Shown piece after piece: positions 1 to 12,385 of a stretch of DNA of 64,000 nucleotides. Numbering within the stretch: position 1 is the first letter of the stretch; the number at the start of each line of letters is the position of its first letter. This DNA comes from Eledone cirrhosa (taxonomy: Eukaryota). A program made the translations under genes and the position numbers. The DNA lies in contig OZ024755.1 of the NCBI GenBank assembly GCA_964016885.1, positions 29,512,001-29,576,000 of the forward strand. The letters run 5' to 3'. Under the pieces are notes generated by a model. The model saw nothing but the letters and a program-made list of their open reading frames with translations. It did no database searches and had not been told where the DNA came from.

Positions 1-257
1 AATTTGACGGATAAGTGATCAGTCTTGCTTTGGTGTAATAAATGGTAGCACGGCCGTCCAGCATACGTTAGTACAACCGATGAAATTAAATCCCACAGGC
101 ATTATTGTTCAATCTTTCCGTATATAGTTGATTTTATACTCTGTCTGGTGAGCTACTAGACACAATCTCCGCATAGCAGATTACAATAGGAGAACACATT
201 TTCAAAATTGAAATTCCCTGAACAATTGTCGGAGATTACCTTCTGTCGAGTTAATTA

Positions 258-690
258 ACACATGTCGTCTGCAAATTCCAACCGACTGATTTTATACCAA
301 CTAGTCATGATACCACTTCCAACCCGGCTGCGAATGTCAATCCTGTTTATATAAATAATAAACAGGAAACGTGACAGTATACACCCTTGGCGGAGTCCGA
401 CTCCCATATTGAATGCTTTCCATTTAGCACTATTTATCCGAACTCAAATGCTCGGACATTCGTATAGAGACACGAGTGCGGCAGGAAGCTGACCATCGAT
501 CCCATACGCTTGCACAACCTTCCATAGGAGGTACCAAAGAACGCTGTCATATGCCTTTTCAAGGTCGGCAAAACAAGAATATACCTCTTGGCAATACTCC
601 CACGATTTCTCGAATACCTGCCGCAGTGTAAATATTTGGTTGCCGTTCTATGTCCGGGGTGAAAACCGCACTGTTCATTAGCTAGCTCAT
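258..690 (-). pseudogene. Degenerate RTE-clade LINE reverse transcriptase fragment
   Basis: Minus-strand translation, with frameshifts and stops, gives EQCGF..., FEKSWEY..VYSCFVDLEKAYDSV, GVGLRQGCILS.FLF and RLEFADD, which are RT motifs typical of RTE elements. Confidence 0.8.
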
Positions 691-1762
691 ATCGAAACTA
701 GCCCTCATATCTGGTGGACATATCGTTATCTGCCACCAGCGACCCGTTCTCTGACAGAACAGCTCTGCCGAGAAATCTTTAATTATATTTCTGTAAATGT
801 GCCTGCCATTTTTATTTATCCGACTAGCCTCAGTCCTAGCAATGAACTCTTATTCGATAATCAACTTGCGTGGGGATCATATATCTCATCTTAGCTCACC
901 TTATGATATCGCCCAGGCTTAGTGCAGTACACAGCAACTCATCTGTCTAACGATCCGCTAGACAAATCTGCTGAATTACCATGTGTAGTAGCTGTGTCAG
1001 AAATTGATATATCGACGTTTCTGCCCTATTTTCCGATCAAACTTACATCTAAAATTCAGCCTTACACAGCCATCATCACTGCTTCAAAATAGTATCACAT
1101 GATACTATCTAACCAAGGCAATTTACAACAATTTCCTGGTCTGAACCATCTGCTACTTCAAGTTATTTTACTTGTCATAGCCCCGGATGTTCCTAGCTGA
1201 CTGTCCTTGCCAGGTATTATACTTCAGACATAATATACTTGAAACAACTAAGCAGTTGATCGTGATATCCTCTTCAGTATCTTATGAATTTTAATTATTA
1301 TTGTGTTGCGTGCTTTTACTTCAAAACCAAATGCAAATCCATTCACCTCGGGTACTGCTGTGTTTTGATATGATTTTCATTTTCTATCGCATTGAGAGTA
1401 ATCGACATGTGCGCTACATAATAAGAGTGGTAGAGCTGTTATTTTGGTTATGTTCACATAGTTTAAGCAATGCGAAGAAACTTATTATATGGGTTATTTT
1501 GTTCCGAATACTTACGTTTTGGGTTTCAATTTGGATAATTTGCTAGTAGATTTTATTTTTATGAAAGGGAGGTGATTTGAATAAGGACAGCATTTATAAA
1601 CAATACATGATACTTTCTGAAACAATGATAATAATTCCAATAACTACATATTCGTCTTTTGCAATTGATATTCCGAATGGGAGAAGCATTATCGTAAATT
1701 CTGTTGGGAATAATCCTTCACTTATTATTATCATTATTAAAGGGGGTCTTATAAGGATGAAA

Positions 1763-1868
1763 CGCCGAGGTTAACTTTGCCTTTCATCCTTATGGAGTCG
1801 ATAAAATAAAGTACGAGTAATATACTGGGTAATTTCTGGCCTTGTGCCAAAAGTAGAAACAATTATTA
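1763..1868 (+). mobile_element. SINE family 1 (octopod-type), 5'-truncated copy
   Basis: CGCCGAGGTTAACTTTGCCTTTCATCC...CTGGCCTTGTGCCAAAAGTAGAAAC plus ATT tail; matches the full copy at 54361. Confidence 0.85.
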
Positions 1869-2204
1869 AAGGGGGACTCTATTAAACGCAGCGATATATC
1901 CACATATATGCATGCATACATATATACATGCATACATACCGGCATCTTTGAACGCACTTCGGTTACAATGAAATATGTTGAATAATGGACCTGCCTATTC
2001 GTGAAATTAACGTGCAAATATGCAGTCTTTAGAATTATTGGGACAACCCATATTTCAGAGCTGAGTAAACTGTAGTAACGTGGAAGAGTACCTGGCTCAA
2101 GGATATAATGCACTGATAGCCCCAGGAATCGAACAACCTATCCTACGGTCAAGAGCTGAATACTCTAACCACTAAATATGCGTACATAAATGCATACATA
2201 CAGT

Positions 2205-2488
2205 CTAGAGTTTGTAAGCCAGTAGGCTCATTAGGACGGTGCTTATCCCAATTTCATGGCGTGAAGCGACTGAGGGGTACAAGAATCCCCCGTCCTGGAC
2301 AGGACGCCAGTCCATCGCAGGGTTAAGTTCCCAGCTATTGCTGGTACTCATTTTCTGCAGAGTATACTGGAGCAACGTGAAATAAAGTGTTTTGCTCAAG
2401 AACAACACGCAACCCAGTCCAGGCATAGCACACCCGATATTATGATCGTAATTCCTTCATCTTTACCACTAGGCCCCGCGCCTTCACC
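2205..2488 (-). mobile_element. tRNA-derived SINE family 2
   Basis: Minus strand: GGTGAAGGCGCGGGGCCTAGTGG head, TTCTTGAGCAAAACACTTTATTTCACGTTGCTCCAG central domain, CCCTGCGATGGACTGGCGTCCTGTCCAGG; related copies at 19040-19160 (-) and 25272-25390 (+). Confidence 0.75.
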
Positions 2489-2872
2489 ATATAGACACAT
2501 GAGTAATATTCCGTAGTGTGACCTTCGGTAGCAATCAGGTTTTTTATGATCTGCATGTAGATTTGGATTTTATTACGAAGATCCAATTACTGGTACGAAA
2601 TTAGCACTAATAATGTAAATATTTCTCTTCAATAATATTTTTAAGTGGTGTACATAAATATAGCTAACTTTAAAGGTATATATACCAATATGTGGTGAAC
2701 AATTAATGTATTTGATACGTGCTATCCGTCACTAAGCTATACTTAAGAGCTGATAAACTATATAGAATATGATAAAGGTAGAATTTCAAAGTGAAATTAA
2801 TGGTTATGTATTCTAAATCGATGCTGATTGAAAAAATCAAACATCAATATCAAATGTGCGTGTGTGTGGGTG

Positions 2873-2937
<65 letters not shown>

Positions 2938-3299
2938 AAGGCTCTTTGAAGTAACGATACTCGATCGATTGCATAGCTTGGAAATTAGTGGGCCCCTTCG
3001 GGTAGAGCCGATATTTCACCGAATTGTGAGATAACAGCTCAGTCAATGAGGGTATGGGGCCAGAATGCATAAGGAAAGAATCTCCGGACAATTTGTAGGG
3101 GAAAACTAACCGGCAGTAGATCCTGGGGTGAAATAAGAGAAATATAGTTAGATAATATACATGAGCTTGATTAGCCCCTATTGATTAAAAAATTGAAGAA
3201 TATTGTATCAACAGAACTCAAAATATTGACATAAGAGTTAAGATCAAAGGCAACAGTTTAGAGAATAATAGCGTCGACCACAATACTTTTTCAGATGAT

Positions 3300-3860
3300 G
3301 CCCCCTATTTACTCTAATTTTATCCACCAGATTTCCATCTCCATAATCGAAGGAAAGTCTATGTCATATTCCAATCATGTCAATTATTAACGTTTTCACA
3401 AATGACATAATGAGCGATGACATCAGCTCATAGACAACATCATTCTTCCCAGTGAGACAGTGTATTCAAAGAGCAAATGTGATTCAAAGGAGCGCAAATA
3501 TCCATATTGCCATGCCATGCATTAACTGATCGCCAATTTAAATATGTTCAAAATTGTAATCCCCCTGTAATACATAATCAGTAGAGCTGGATGGATTCTC
3601 GACAGGTTTTCTAAAACTTGGAGAAGGAACTTATAGACATGGTATGGTGATTGATTTAAGTAGCATCGAAATTCTGTATGATGTGTAAGGTGAAAGACAC
3701 ATCATTAGATAAATATATATATAGTGAATATTACTATCCTAAAGTGAATAAGTAACAAGAGACGTTTCACCAAAGTTAGCCCTCACAAGAAATAATGATG
3801 CAGTCAATTGCAACAATCATTAATTGACAGTTTCCCTGGTGATGTTACTGTAGAAAAAAA
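3300..3860 (+). pseudogene. Possible highly decayed Helitron/PIF1 helicase fragment
   Basis: Broken frames give FLKLGEG and LTRNNDAVNCNN..FPGDV, resembling the LLxIGEG and LxPxNxxVxxIN..LPG motifs of Helitron helicases; many stops. Confidence 0.3.
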
Positions 3861-4364
3861 GACAGAACCCCGAGTGTAATGAGGTTGTGGAATCGACGAT
3901 AAAAATTTCTATTTTGTTCTGACGTAAACACATTATATCAGTGATGCCTGCCCATAAACGTAAATCAAATATAGGCACCATTAAAATAATTCATTGAACC
4001 ATGAACCCAAAGATTGGATTTTTAAATGGCTTCATACAAATCGTGGGTTTTATGTTCATGTAAGCATAATCTAAGCAATAGCACCCCTGCATAATTTATT
4101 CTATAATTAAATATAATCCGTTATATAGAATATACTATGAATAAATTATGCAAATATATAATGTGTACGTACAATTATTTAGAAGAAGAATTCCTTAATT
4201 TCAACGAGTGTTATCAATATTATTACTTGATTTACATGGATGTTATCAGTTTAGGCAGGTATTAATATGTTTTAATAGTTGTTTCTATTTTTGGCACAAG
4301 GCCAGCAAATACCCAGTGTATTACTGGTACTTTATGTTTTAATAATGATAATTATACAATGGTA

Positions 4365-4390
4365 ATAATAATAAAAGCAACAATAACAAC

Positions 4391-4427
<37 letters not shown>
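4365..4427. repeat. (TAA)n microsatellite (tail side of SINE)
   Basis: Direct reading. Confidence 0.95.
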
Positions 4428-4614
4428 GTTTCTACTTTTGGCACAAGGCCAGCAATTATGCCAGTGTATTACTGGTACTTTATTTTATCGACTCTGTAAG
4501 GATGAAAGGCAAAGTTAACCTCGGCGGGATTTGAAATCAGACCATAAAGGGCCGTAACTCTTTGCTGCAAAGCATGGCGTCCGACCCTCTACCAATACTG
4601 CCAATCCACCACCC
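4428..4614 (-). mobile_element. SINE family 1, full-length
   Basis: Reverse complement of the 54361 copy, with A-box TGGCAGTATTGG and a degenerate B-box; (TAA)n on both sides; a short 3' fragment also lies at 4280-4335. Confidence 0.9.
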
Positions 4615-4660
4615 TTATAATAATAATAATAATAATAACAATAATAATAATAATAATAAT

Positions 4661-7600
4661 AGTGTGTCCGTATACAGCGTGGTGATAATGCCACACAAGG
4701 GCCAAGTGGGATGGCGGATCCACAGATGGCTATGTAAACATACATTCGCCAATCCTCGATAAGAGTGTTTAAATATCGAACATAAACAGTTCGAATAACG
4801 GTGAAATGGAGACTAGAACGTCATGTGACAGACTCTCACCCAACAGGTGCCCCCTGGCTCAGCAGCAGGAACCTGACTGTCAACGAAATACTGCTGATGT
4901 TGGAGGAAGAAGAAGAAGGAAAGGGGCCAGAACCAACTGGACGAAAGAATTGAATAGAACTGTTATGCAATGCTACCTGAAAAGTAACCCCAAGGAGAGG
5001 GGCTACAGGAGACGGATGCATAACATCTGGAACGAGATTGGTTTATTTAAATTAGATGAACAAAAATTGGCCGGGCAGGCTCGGGTAATAAGAACTAATG
5101 GGTGGATAAGCGAGCTGGAACTGGAGGAACTGAGCAGAGAGAATGGCTTGGAGATGGCGGGTGTAGTATGCCAGACAAGCGAGCCGGCGGGAAATGAAGG
5201 TGAGGAGGTCCTGAGAGCGGAGGAACCACCCGAAGCAGACAATGATCTGAATACTGAGATAAATAATACCTGGAACAGAGATACGGCCACTGAGGAGATG
5301 AATGCTGACGGGCTAGGACAAGATTCGGTTGACATCCTAAATTTAGTGGTAGATGAGTTGAACAATGATAGTGGGAGACCTATGAACCTAAGATTTGTAG
5401 ACAGGAAAAAGTTAAAAGAAACAACAGCTAAGGTAAACAAAGTCATCCCATACCTTGAGGCGAGGAGTCTTCACCAGTGCAACAATATCCTCAAAGCAAC
5501 AGCAAATACGGTGAGGAAACTACTTGGTATAAAAGCGAGAGGAAACAACAGACAAGAAAGAGCAGAGCCGTGGTGGAAGAAGCGACTGAGTGGGCAAATC
5601 GGGGAAATGAGAAATGACATAGGAAAGCTTGAGTCACTACTGAATGGGACACTAAAAAACATAGGCACTAAAAATAGACTGGAAATAAAATACAAAACTA
5701 GGAGTAAAAAGCTAAATATTATCATAGAGGAATTGAAGCAACGCATTGTAGCAAAGAGTGCCAAAATCAGGCGATACGAGAACAGAGTCAGTCAGTATAA
5801 ACAGAACCGCATGTTCGACAACAACCAGAAGATGCTGTTTGGACAGCTTGAGGGGAAAGAAAGAGGCACCGACTTGATCCCTGGGGCGGAACAAGCTAAA
5901 ACATTCTGGAGAGGAATATGGGAGCAGGATGTTAGACACAATGCCCAGGCAGGGTGGATTGAGACAGTACAGAGGGAGATCGGTGAGCAGGCACAGCAAC
6001 AGACTGATTTGAGTATCACAGTTGAAACTCTTAAGGGGCAAGCCAAAAAACTAACCAACTGGAAATCACCAGGCCCAGATGGTGTGCAGGGGTATTGGAT
6101 TAAACATTTAACATCCCTCCACCCGAAGCTGACGGCCATGTTCAATGACTGCTTGGTGTCGGGTGAGGTGCCAGAGTGGTTGACAAAAGGTACCACAGTT
6201 CTGATAATGAAAGACCGAATCAAGGGTAATGATGTTACCAACTATAGACCTATCACATGTCTGCCCGTAATGTGGAAACTGTTGACGAGCATTGTGTCTG
6301 AGGAAATCTACCATCACCTCCACACAAACAACTTGTTGCCGGACGAACAGAAAGGATGCCGAAAGAAGTCACGTGGTACAAAGGACCAGTTGCTTATTGA
6401 TAAGATGGTAATGGGGAATTGCAGGAGGAGACACACTGATCTTGCCATGGGATGGATAGACTACAGAAAGGCATTTGACATGGTGCCTCATTCCTGGATC
6501 ACCAAAAGCCTGGAGATCTTCAGGGTGGCAGATAACATCAGAGAGTTGCTGGGCAGGAGTATGGGGTCCTGGGAGACAGAGTTGACATCAACTGGAGTAT
6601 CCTTGGGAAGCGTGAAGATCAAGAGAGGTATCTTCCAGGGAGATAGCCTGTCCCCTCTGTTGTTTGTCCTTGCCCTGATGCCCTTGACCATTATGCTGCG
6701 AAAAGTGAGAGCAGGATACAAGTTGGGAAGGGGAGAGCTTACCATCAATCACCTCCTCTTCATGGACGATCTTAAGCTCTTCGGGAAAAGTGAGAAGGAG
6801 TTGGATGTGCTTGTTGACACTGTCCGTATTTTCAGCAGTGATATATGTATGCAGTTTGGTATTGGTAAATGTGGAGTCATTGTGATGAGGAGGGGTAGGT
6901 TGAGCAGAAGTAACGGGATCCAGATACCAACAGGTGAGATGATAAAGGAAATTGACTCTGAGGAAGGATACAAGTATTTGGGCGTTCTGGAGGCTGATGG
7001 CATAAAGAACAAAAAAATGAAGGAATTGGTAAGAACTGAATACATTCGGAGAGTAAGGAGCGTATTGAAGTCACATCTGAACAGCAGAAATGCCATAAGC
7101 GCAGTAAATTCCCGAGCTGTGTCTATTATTAGGTACAGTGCGGGAATTCTGAGATGGAATGTTGCTGAACAAAAAGAAATGGATAGGAAGACTAGGAAGC
7201 TATTGACTATCTACAACATGTTCCACAAGAGGAGTGATGTCGATAGACTCTACCTAAGGAGATCTGAGGGTGGAAGAGGTCTTATCAGCATAGAGGACTG
7301 TGTTCAGATGGAGAAAAACAACCTATACAAATACGTGACCTATAGTAAGGAGCCAATGCTCAGAGCTGTACTGAAGGAGGGGAGAGTAGGCCAGGGGATA
7401 CCCAAGGAGGAAATAACATCAAGGAGGAAGAGCAGCCTTAAGGGAAAATCCCTTCATAGTACCTTCTTTGAGAAAACTGAATTTAGAGATCCACAGACAT
7501 GGAACTGGTTGAGAAGAGGAGACCTCAAAAAGGCTACAGAAGGAATGCTAATGGCTGCGCAGGAGCAGGCCCTCAAAACGAAGTGGTTGAAGCACCATAT

Positions 7601-8272
7601 CTACAAGGAGGAGGCTAGCCCACTGTGCAGGATCTGTGGAGAGAGAGAGGAGACTGTGGCTCACATTGTGTCCGAGTGTAAACACCTAGCCCAGACCCAC
7701 TATAAGGGCTGGAGACACGATGTGATGGGCAGGGTGATCCACTGGCACCTGTGCAAAGTAAACAATCTACCACATTCTGAGAAATGGTATGAGCATAGGC
7801 CAGAGGCGGTGATGGAGAACAGTCAGGTGAAGGTGCTGTGGGATTTTAGGATACAGACGGACAAAAAACTGGAACACAATAGACCTGACCTGGTGGTTGT
7901 GGACAAAGAAAAAAGATCGTGCCTGATTGTGGATGTGGCCTGCCCGTTCGACACGAGAGTGCAAGAGAAGGAGAGGGAGAAAATTAACCGATACCAGGAC
8001 CTAAAGTGGGAGGTGAAAAGGATTTGGAACTGCCATGAAGTCAAAGTGATCCCGATTGTCATAGGCGCACTGGGGACTATCTCCAAAGGTTTCCAGGGAT
8101 GGTTAAAGAAAATCGGCCCCTTCACGCTTTTTGGAACGCTTCAAAAGGCATGCTTGCTTGGAACGGCAAGAACCCTCCGATACGTCCTGAATATCTGAGG
8201 CTGCAGGTAGTGGCTTGATATTCAATCCAACGGACTTTCCAGTTAACCAACATCAATGACTGAGATTCAAGG
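4661..8272 (+). mobile_element. Full-length R4/Dong-type non-LTR retrotransposon inserted in (TAA)n
   Basis: ~145-nt 5' UTR, single RT-RLE ORF, ~75-nt 3' UTR; bounded by (TAA)n at 4617-4660 and 8273-8305. TAA-repeat targeting is the established behaviour of Dong elements. Confidence 0.88.
4806..8198 (+). CDS. Reverse transcriptase + CCHC knuckle + restriction-like endonuclease (R4/Dong clade), 1130 aa, uninterrupted
   Basis: KSPGPDG, NYRPITCL, EQKGC..SRGTKDQLLID, IDYRKAFDMVPH, GIFQGDSLSPLLF, HLLFMDDLKL, YKYLG, CRICGEREETVAHIVSEC, RHD, RPDLVVVD..VDVACP..EKINRY. Confidence 0.95.
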   Translation: METRTSCDRLSPNRCPLAQQQEPDCQRNTADVGGRRRRKGARTNWTKELNRTVMQCYLKSNPKERGYRRRMHNIWNEIGLFKLDEQKLAGQARVIRTNGWISELELEELSRENGLEMAGVVCQTSEPAGNEGEEVLRAEEPPEADNDLNTEINNTWNRDTATEEMNADGLGQDSVDILNLVVDELNNDSGRPMNLRFVDRKKLKETTAKVNKVIPYLEARSLHQCNNILKATANTVRKLLGIKARGNNRQERAEPWWKKRLSGQIGEMRNDIGKLESLLNGTLKNIGTKNRLEIKYKTRSKKLNIIIEELKQRIVAKSAKIRRYENRVSQYKQNRMFDNNQKMLFGQLEGKERGTDLIPGAEQAKTFWRGIWEQDVRHNAQAGWIETVQREIGEQAQQQTDLSITVETLKGQAKKLTNWKSPGPDGVQGYWIKHLTSLHPKLTAMFNDCLVSGEVPEWLTKGTTVLIMKDRIKGNDVTNYRPITCLPVMWKLLTSIVSEEIYHHLHTNNLLPDEQKGCRKKSRGTKDQLLIDKMVMGNCRRRHTDLAMGWIDYRKAFDMVPHSWITKSLEIFRVADNIRELLGRSMGSWETELTSTGVSLGSVKIKRGIFQGDSLSPLLFVLALMPLTIMLRKVRAGYKLGRGELTINHLLFMDDLKLFGKSEKELDVLVDTVRIFSSDICMQFGIGKCGVIVMRRGRLSRSNGIQIPTGEMIKEIDSEEGYKYLGVLEADGIKNKKMKELVRTEYIRRVRSVLKSHLNSRNAISAVNSRAVSIIRYSAGILRWNVAEQKEMDRKTRKLLTIYNMFHKRSDVDRLYLRRSEGGRGLISIEDCVQMEKNNLYKYVTYSKEPMLRAVLKEGRVGQGIPKEEITSRRKSSLKGKSLHSTFFEKTEFRDPQTWNWLRRGDLKKATEGMLMAAQEQALKTKWLKHHIYKEEASPLCRICGEREETVAHIVSECKHLAQTHYKGWRHDVMGRVIHWHLCKVNNLPHSEKWYEHRPEAVMENSQVKVLWDFRIQTDKKLEHNRPDLVVVDKEKRSCLIVDVACPFDTRVQEKEREKINRYQDLKWEVKRIWNCHEVKVIPIVIGALGTISKGFQGWLKKIGPFTLFGTLQKACLLGTARTLRYVLNI

Positions 8273-8304
8273 AATAACAATAACAATAATAATAATAATA
8301 ATAA

Positions 8305-10151
8305 TACTGCTCGTGTCGGAAGAAGAAGAAGGAAAGGGACCAGAACCAACTGGACGAAAGAATTGAATAGAACTGTTATGCAATGTTACCTGAAGAGTAA
8401 CCCCAATGAGAAAGGCTATAGGAAACGGATGCATAACATCTGGAACGAGATTGGTCTATTTAAATTAGATGAACAAAAATTGACCGGGCAGGCTCGGGTA
8501 ATAAGAACTAATGGGTGGATAAGCGAGCTGGAACTGGAGGAACTGAGCAGATAGATTAGCTTGGAAATGGAGAGTGGAGTATGCCAGGCAAACGAGCCAG
8601 TGGGAAATGAAGGTGAAGAGGTTGAGAGAACGGAGGAGCCATCCGAAGCTGACAATGATCTGAATGCTGAAATAAATAATACCTGGAACAAAGATACGGC
8701 CATTGAGGAGATGAATGCTGACGGGCTAGGACAAGATTTGGTTGATATCCTAAACTTAGTGGTAGATGAATTGAACAATGATAGTGGGAAACCTATGAAC
8801 CTAAGATTTGTAGAAAGGAAAAAGTTAAAAGAAACAACAGCTAAGGTAAACAAAGTTATCCCATACCTTGAGGCGAGGAGCCTTCACCAGTGCAACAATA
8901 TCCTCAAAGCAACAGCGAATGCGGTGAGGAAATTACTTGGTATAAAAGCGAGAGGAAACAACAAACAAGAAAGATCAGAGCCTTGGTGGAAGAAACGACT
9001 GAGTGGTCAAATCAGGGAAATGAGAAATGACATTGGAAAGCTCGAGTCCCTACTGAATGGGATACTAAAAAACATAGACACTAAAAATAGACTGGAAATA
9101 AAGTACAAAACTAGGAGGAAAAAGCTAAATATTATCCTAGAGGAACTGAAGCAACGCATTGTAGCAAAGAGTGCAAAAATTAGGCGATACGAGAGCAGAG
9201 TCAGTCAGTATAGACAGAACCGCATGTTTGACAACAACCAGAAGATGCTGTTTGGACAGCTTGAGGGGAAAGAAAGAGGCAACGACTTGATACCTGGGGC
9301 GGAACAAACTAAAACATTCTGGAGAGGAATATGGGAGCAGGATGTTAAACATAATGACCAGGCAGTGTGGATTGAGACAGTACAGAAGGAGATTAGTGAA
9401 CAGGCACACCAACAAACTGACTTGAGTATCACAGTTGAAACTCTTAAGGGACAGGCCCAAAAAATAACCAACTGGAAATCACCAGGCCCAGATGGTGTGC
9501 AGGGGTATTGGATTAAAAATATAACATCCCTCCACCCGAAACTGACAACCATGTTCAATGACTGCTTGATGTCAGGTGAGGTACCAGAGTGGTTGACAAA
9601 AGGTACCACAGTTCTGGTAATGAAGGACCGAATCAAGGGTAATGATGTTACCAACTATAGACCTATCACATGTCTGTCCGTAATGTGGAAACTGTTGACA
9701 AGCATTATGTCTGAGGAAATCTACCATCACCTCCACACAAACAACTTGTTACCGGACGAACAGAAAGGATGCCGAAAGAAGTCCCGTGGTACAAAGGACC
9801 AGTTACTTATTGATAAGATGGTAATGAGGAATTGCAAGAGGAGACACACTGGTCTTGCCATGGGATGGATAGACTACAAAAAGGCATTTGACATGGTGCC
9901 TCATTCTTGGATCACCAAAAGCATGGAGATCTTCAAGGTGGCAGATAACATCAGACAGTTGTTGGGCAAAAGTATGAAGTCCTGGGAAACAGAGTTAACA
10001 TCAGCTGGAGAATCCTTGGGAGGCGTGAAGATCAAGAGAGGTATCTTCGAAGGAGATAGTCTGTCCCATCTGTTGTTTTTCCTTGCCCTGATGCCCCTGA
10101 CCATTATACTGCGAAAAGTGAGAGCAGGATACAAGTTGGGAAAGGGAGAGC
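8305..10151 (+). pseudogene. Second, decayed Dong-like copy in head-to-tail tandem, truncated at both ends
   Basis: Colinear with 4890-6740; in-frame TAG at 8552-8554; RT motif altered to GIFEGDSLSHLLF; similarity ends at GYKLGKGEL, before the FMDD motif. Confidence 0.92.
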
Positions 10152-10193
10152 TATGCGTTATGGTCCACCTGCTTTCTTACCACACTTTCTTTG

Positions 10194-10227
<34 letters not shown>

Positions 10228-10698
10228 CAGTTTTATCCACCACAGTAACAATTAACTCAACCTTAGATCTCAGTGACATGATTTGAATTGGAAAGATAAT
10301 AGACACCCCAATGCTATTGCTGACTCTGATATCAATTGCTGTTAATAACACGATGATCCTTCAGAAACCATTAATGAATATGGATGGAGTGGTCAATTAG
10401 CGTTAAGCAAAAACCAAAAAGAGCATTTGACGGACATTGCTTGTTTCCCTATCTGAAATATCAAAAGAAAATCAAGGTGGATAGTATCTATAAAAATGAT
10501 GCGAATGTTTAAAATAATTAGGATAACACAATATGCATCGTCTGCTGAGCCTAATTTGCACACCAAGGCACTTTAGGGTGGCTTTGCCGAAAATTTAAAA
10601 GAAAATGTGTTCTCACTCTAACAAATGGATGACGATAGTCATCTAAGACGTGTCATTATGAGGCTGTTTCCTTGCAAAAAAACCGAATATTAATAATT

Positions 10699-10884
10699 GT
10701 TTCTGTTTTTGGTACAAGGCCAGCAATTATTCCAGTGCATTACTGGTACTTTATTTTATCGACCCCGTAAGGATGAAAGGCAAAGTTAACCTCGGCGGGA
10801 TTTGAACTCAGATCATAAAGGACCGTAACTCTGTGCTGCAGAGCATGGCGTCCGACCCTCTACCGATACTGCCAATCCACCACC
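10699..10884 (-). mobile_element. SINE family 1, full-length, with target-site duplication
   Basis: Intact A and B boxes on the minus strand; AATATTAATAAT on both sides (10686-10697 and 10886-10897). Confidence 0.92.
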
Positions 10885-12385
10885 AAATATTAATAATATT
10901 ATTATAATATTATTAATATTCCCTCGCGAATGTATTTACGTATCTCTTATGTTAGAGCGGAAAAAAATATTTTTAGAACCTGATGTGGGATGCATAGAGT
11001 AAGTTTATTGTTATAGAATTTTGTGTTAACAATTTTAAAATTCAAACAAGGTATCAATCAACATCTGAAATTGGGTGATTTAAATAACACACTGAAGATG
11101 ATGCCCGTGGCCAATTAAAGATTAAAATTGTGTGAAATAGAAACAATTACTCGTGCACCCCTATAATGTTATTGACACTAACACCCAGTTAGTTAACCTT
11201 CATTGAGTCTCCTTGTCTCGTATGTTTTACCCCGAAATAGTACGAAATATCCAAAGGCATTTTAAGATACTTTTCCATTGGTCAACATGACAATACTCTC
11301 ATTTAAAATGACTCACAACAAAAGGAAGTTTCAATTTTTAAAATGCTTCGTCAAACAAAACATAATAGATAATTAAAATTTCAAGTTGATATTGAATTCG
11401 TACGTTATTGAAATTATGTTCTGATAATCGTATCGTTTTGAATTCTATTTTCATCACGTTAAATCTAGTTAAAAATACAAACAAATACCCTAAACGACTT
11501 TCTGTGGAAATATATGCCTGTAAGCAATTATCATTTGATGACACGATTAAGATAAAACGTTAAGCTAAAACAAATCAATGTTTCAAACGTATGCATTTCA
11601 TTCCCTGAAATTCAATTTGATTTAATAATTTGATTCTAAAAATAACAGAACTGATAGCAAACAAACATATGAACAGTTGAAAATTAAATCAGAAAATAAC
11701 ATAACTGACAAAATACACAAATGAAAATGTCTATTGTTTTTCACATTGTTTAGCATTTATATTAACTATGCTGAAATTTGCAGTCTCAATCTATTTTCTT
11801 TTATTCTTTTCTGAATATCTGAAATTTCAGAATCACACTGATGCTGTCAACGAAACAATATTTTAATCATGTTCCTTAGAATACATTTTAATACATATAT
11901 TTTGAAACATGCAATGTGCATAATGCATACTGTCTTTCATAATGATTTGTAATTCTATTTGTGACTCAACTATAAGGGAATAGTGATAGAAAAGTTGGTT
12001 GCTGCTAACCTTATATATTTCATGTACACATAGTCTCATGAACGATATCAAAATATTAAAAACTTGAAGTAAAAAAGAAATAATGATACGCTGATTTTTC
12101 CCGGGATGAATGTAACGTGGAGTATTTGTACAATAGAACTTGTGGTTATAATCTACTTGCAAGAGATGTCAACATGAATGGACCTATTATTTTTATCTAA
12201 AGACATTTGTTCCAATTCCATCCCGCCCGTCCCCTAAATCTATTTTATTTTTCATTCTTTCTATTGATGAAGGACTAGCGTCCGAAATGTTAAGACCCTC
12301 TTCCTGCTATATCAAGCGTTAACCTAATATTCTTGGTTGTCCATCGTGAACGATGATGACATCTTTAACTTAGTTACCGTCTGCC

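Noticed and set aside
5003-9654. Antisense ORFs within the Dong copies
   Set aside because: Shadow frames of the RT ORF; shared between copies only because the DNA is similar
12258-12297. Hammerhead-like TTGATGA-A-GGAC/GTCC-GAAATGTTA
   Set aside because: C3 is mutated and helix I is weak; at best a decayed ribozyme
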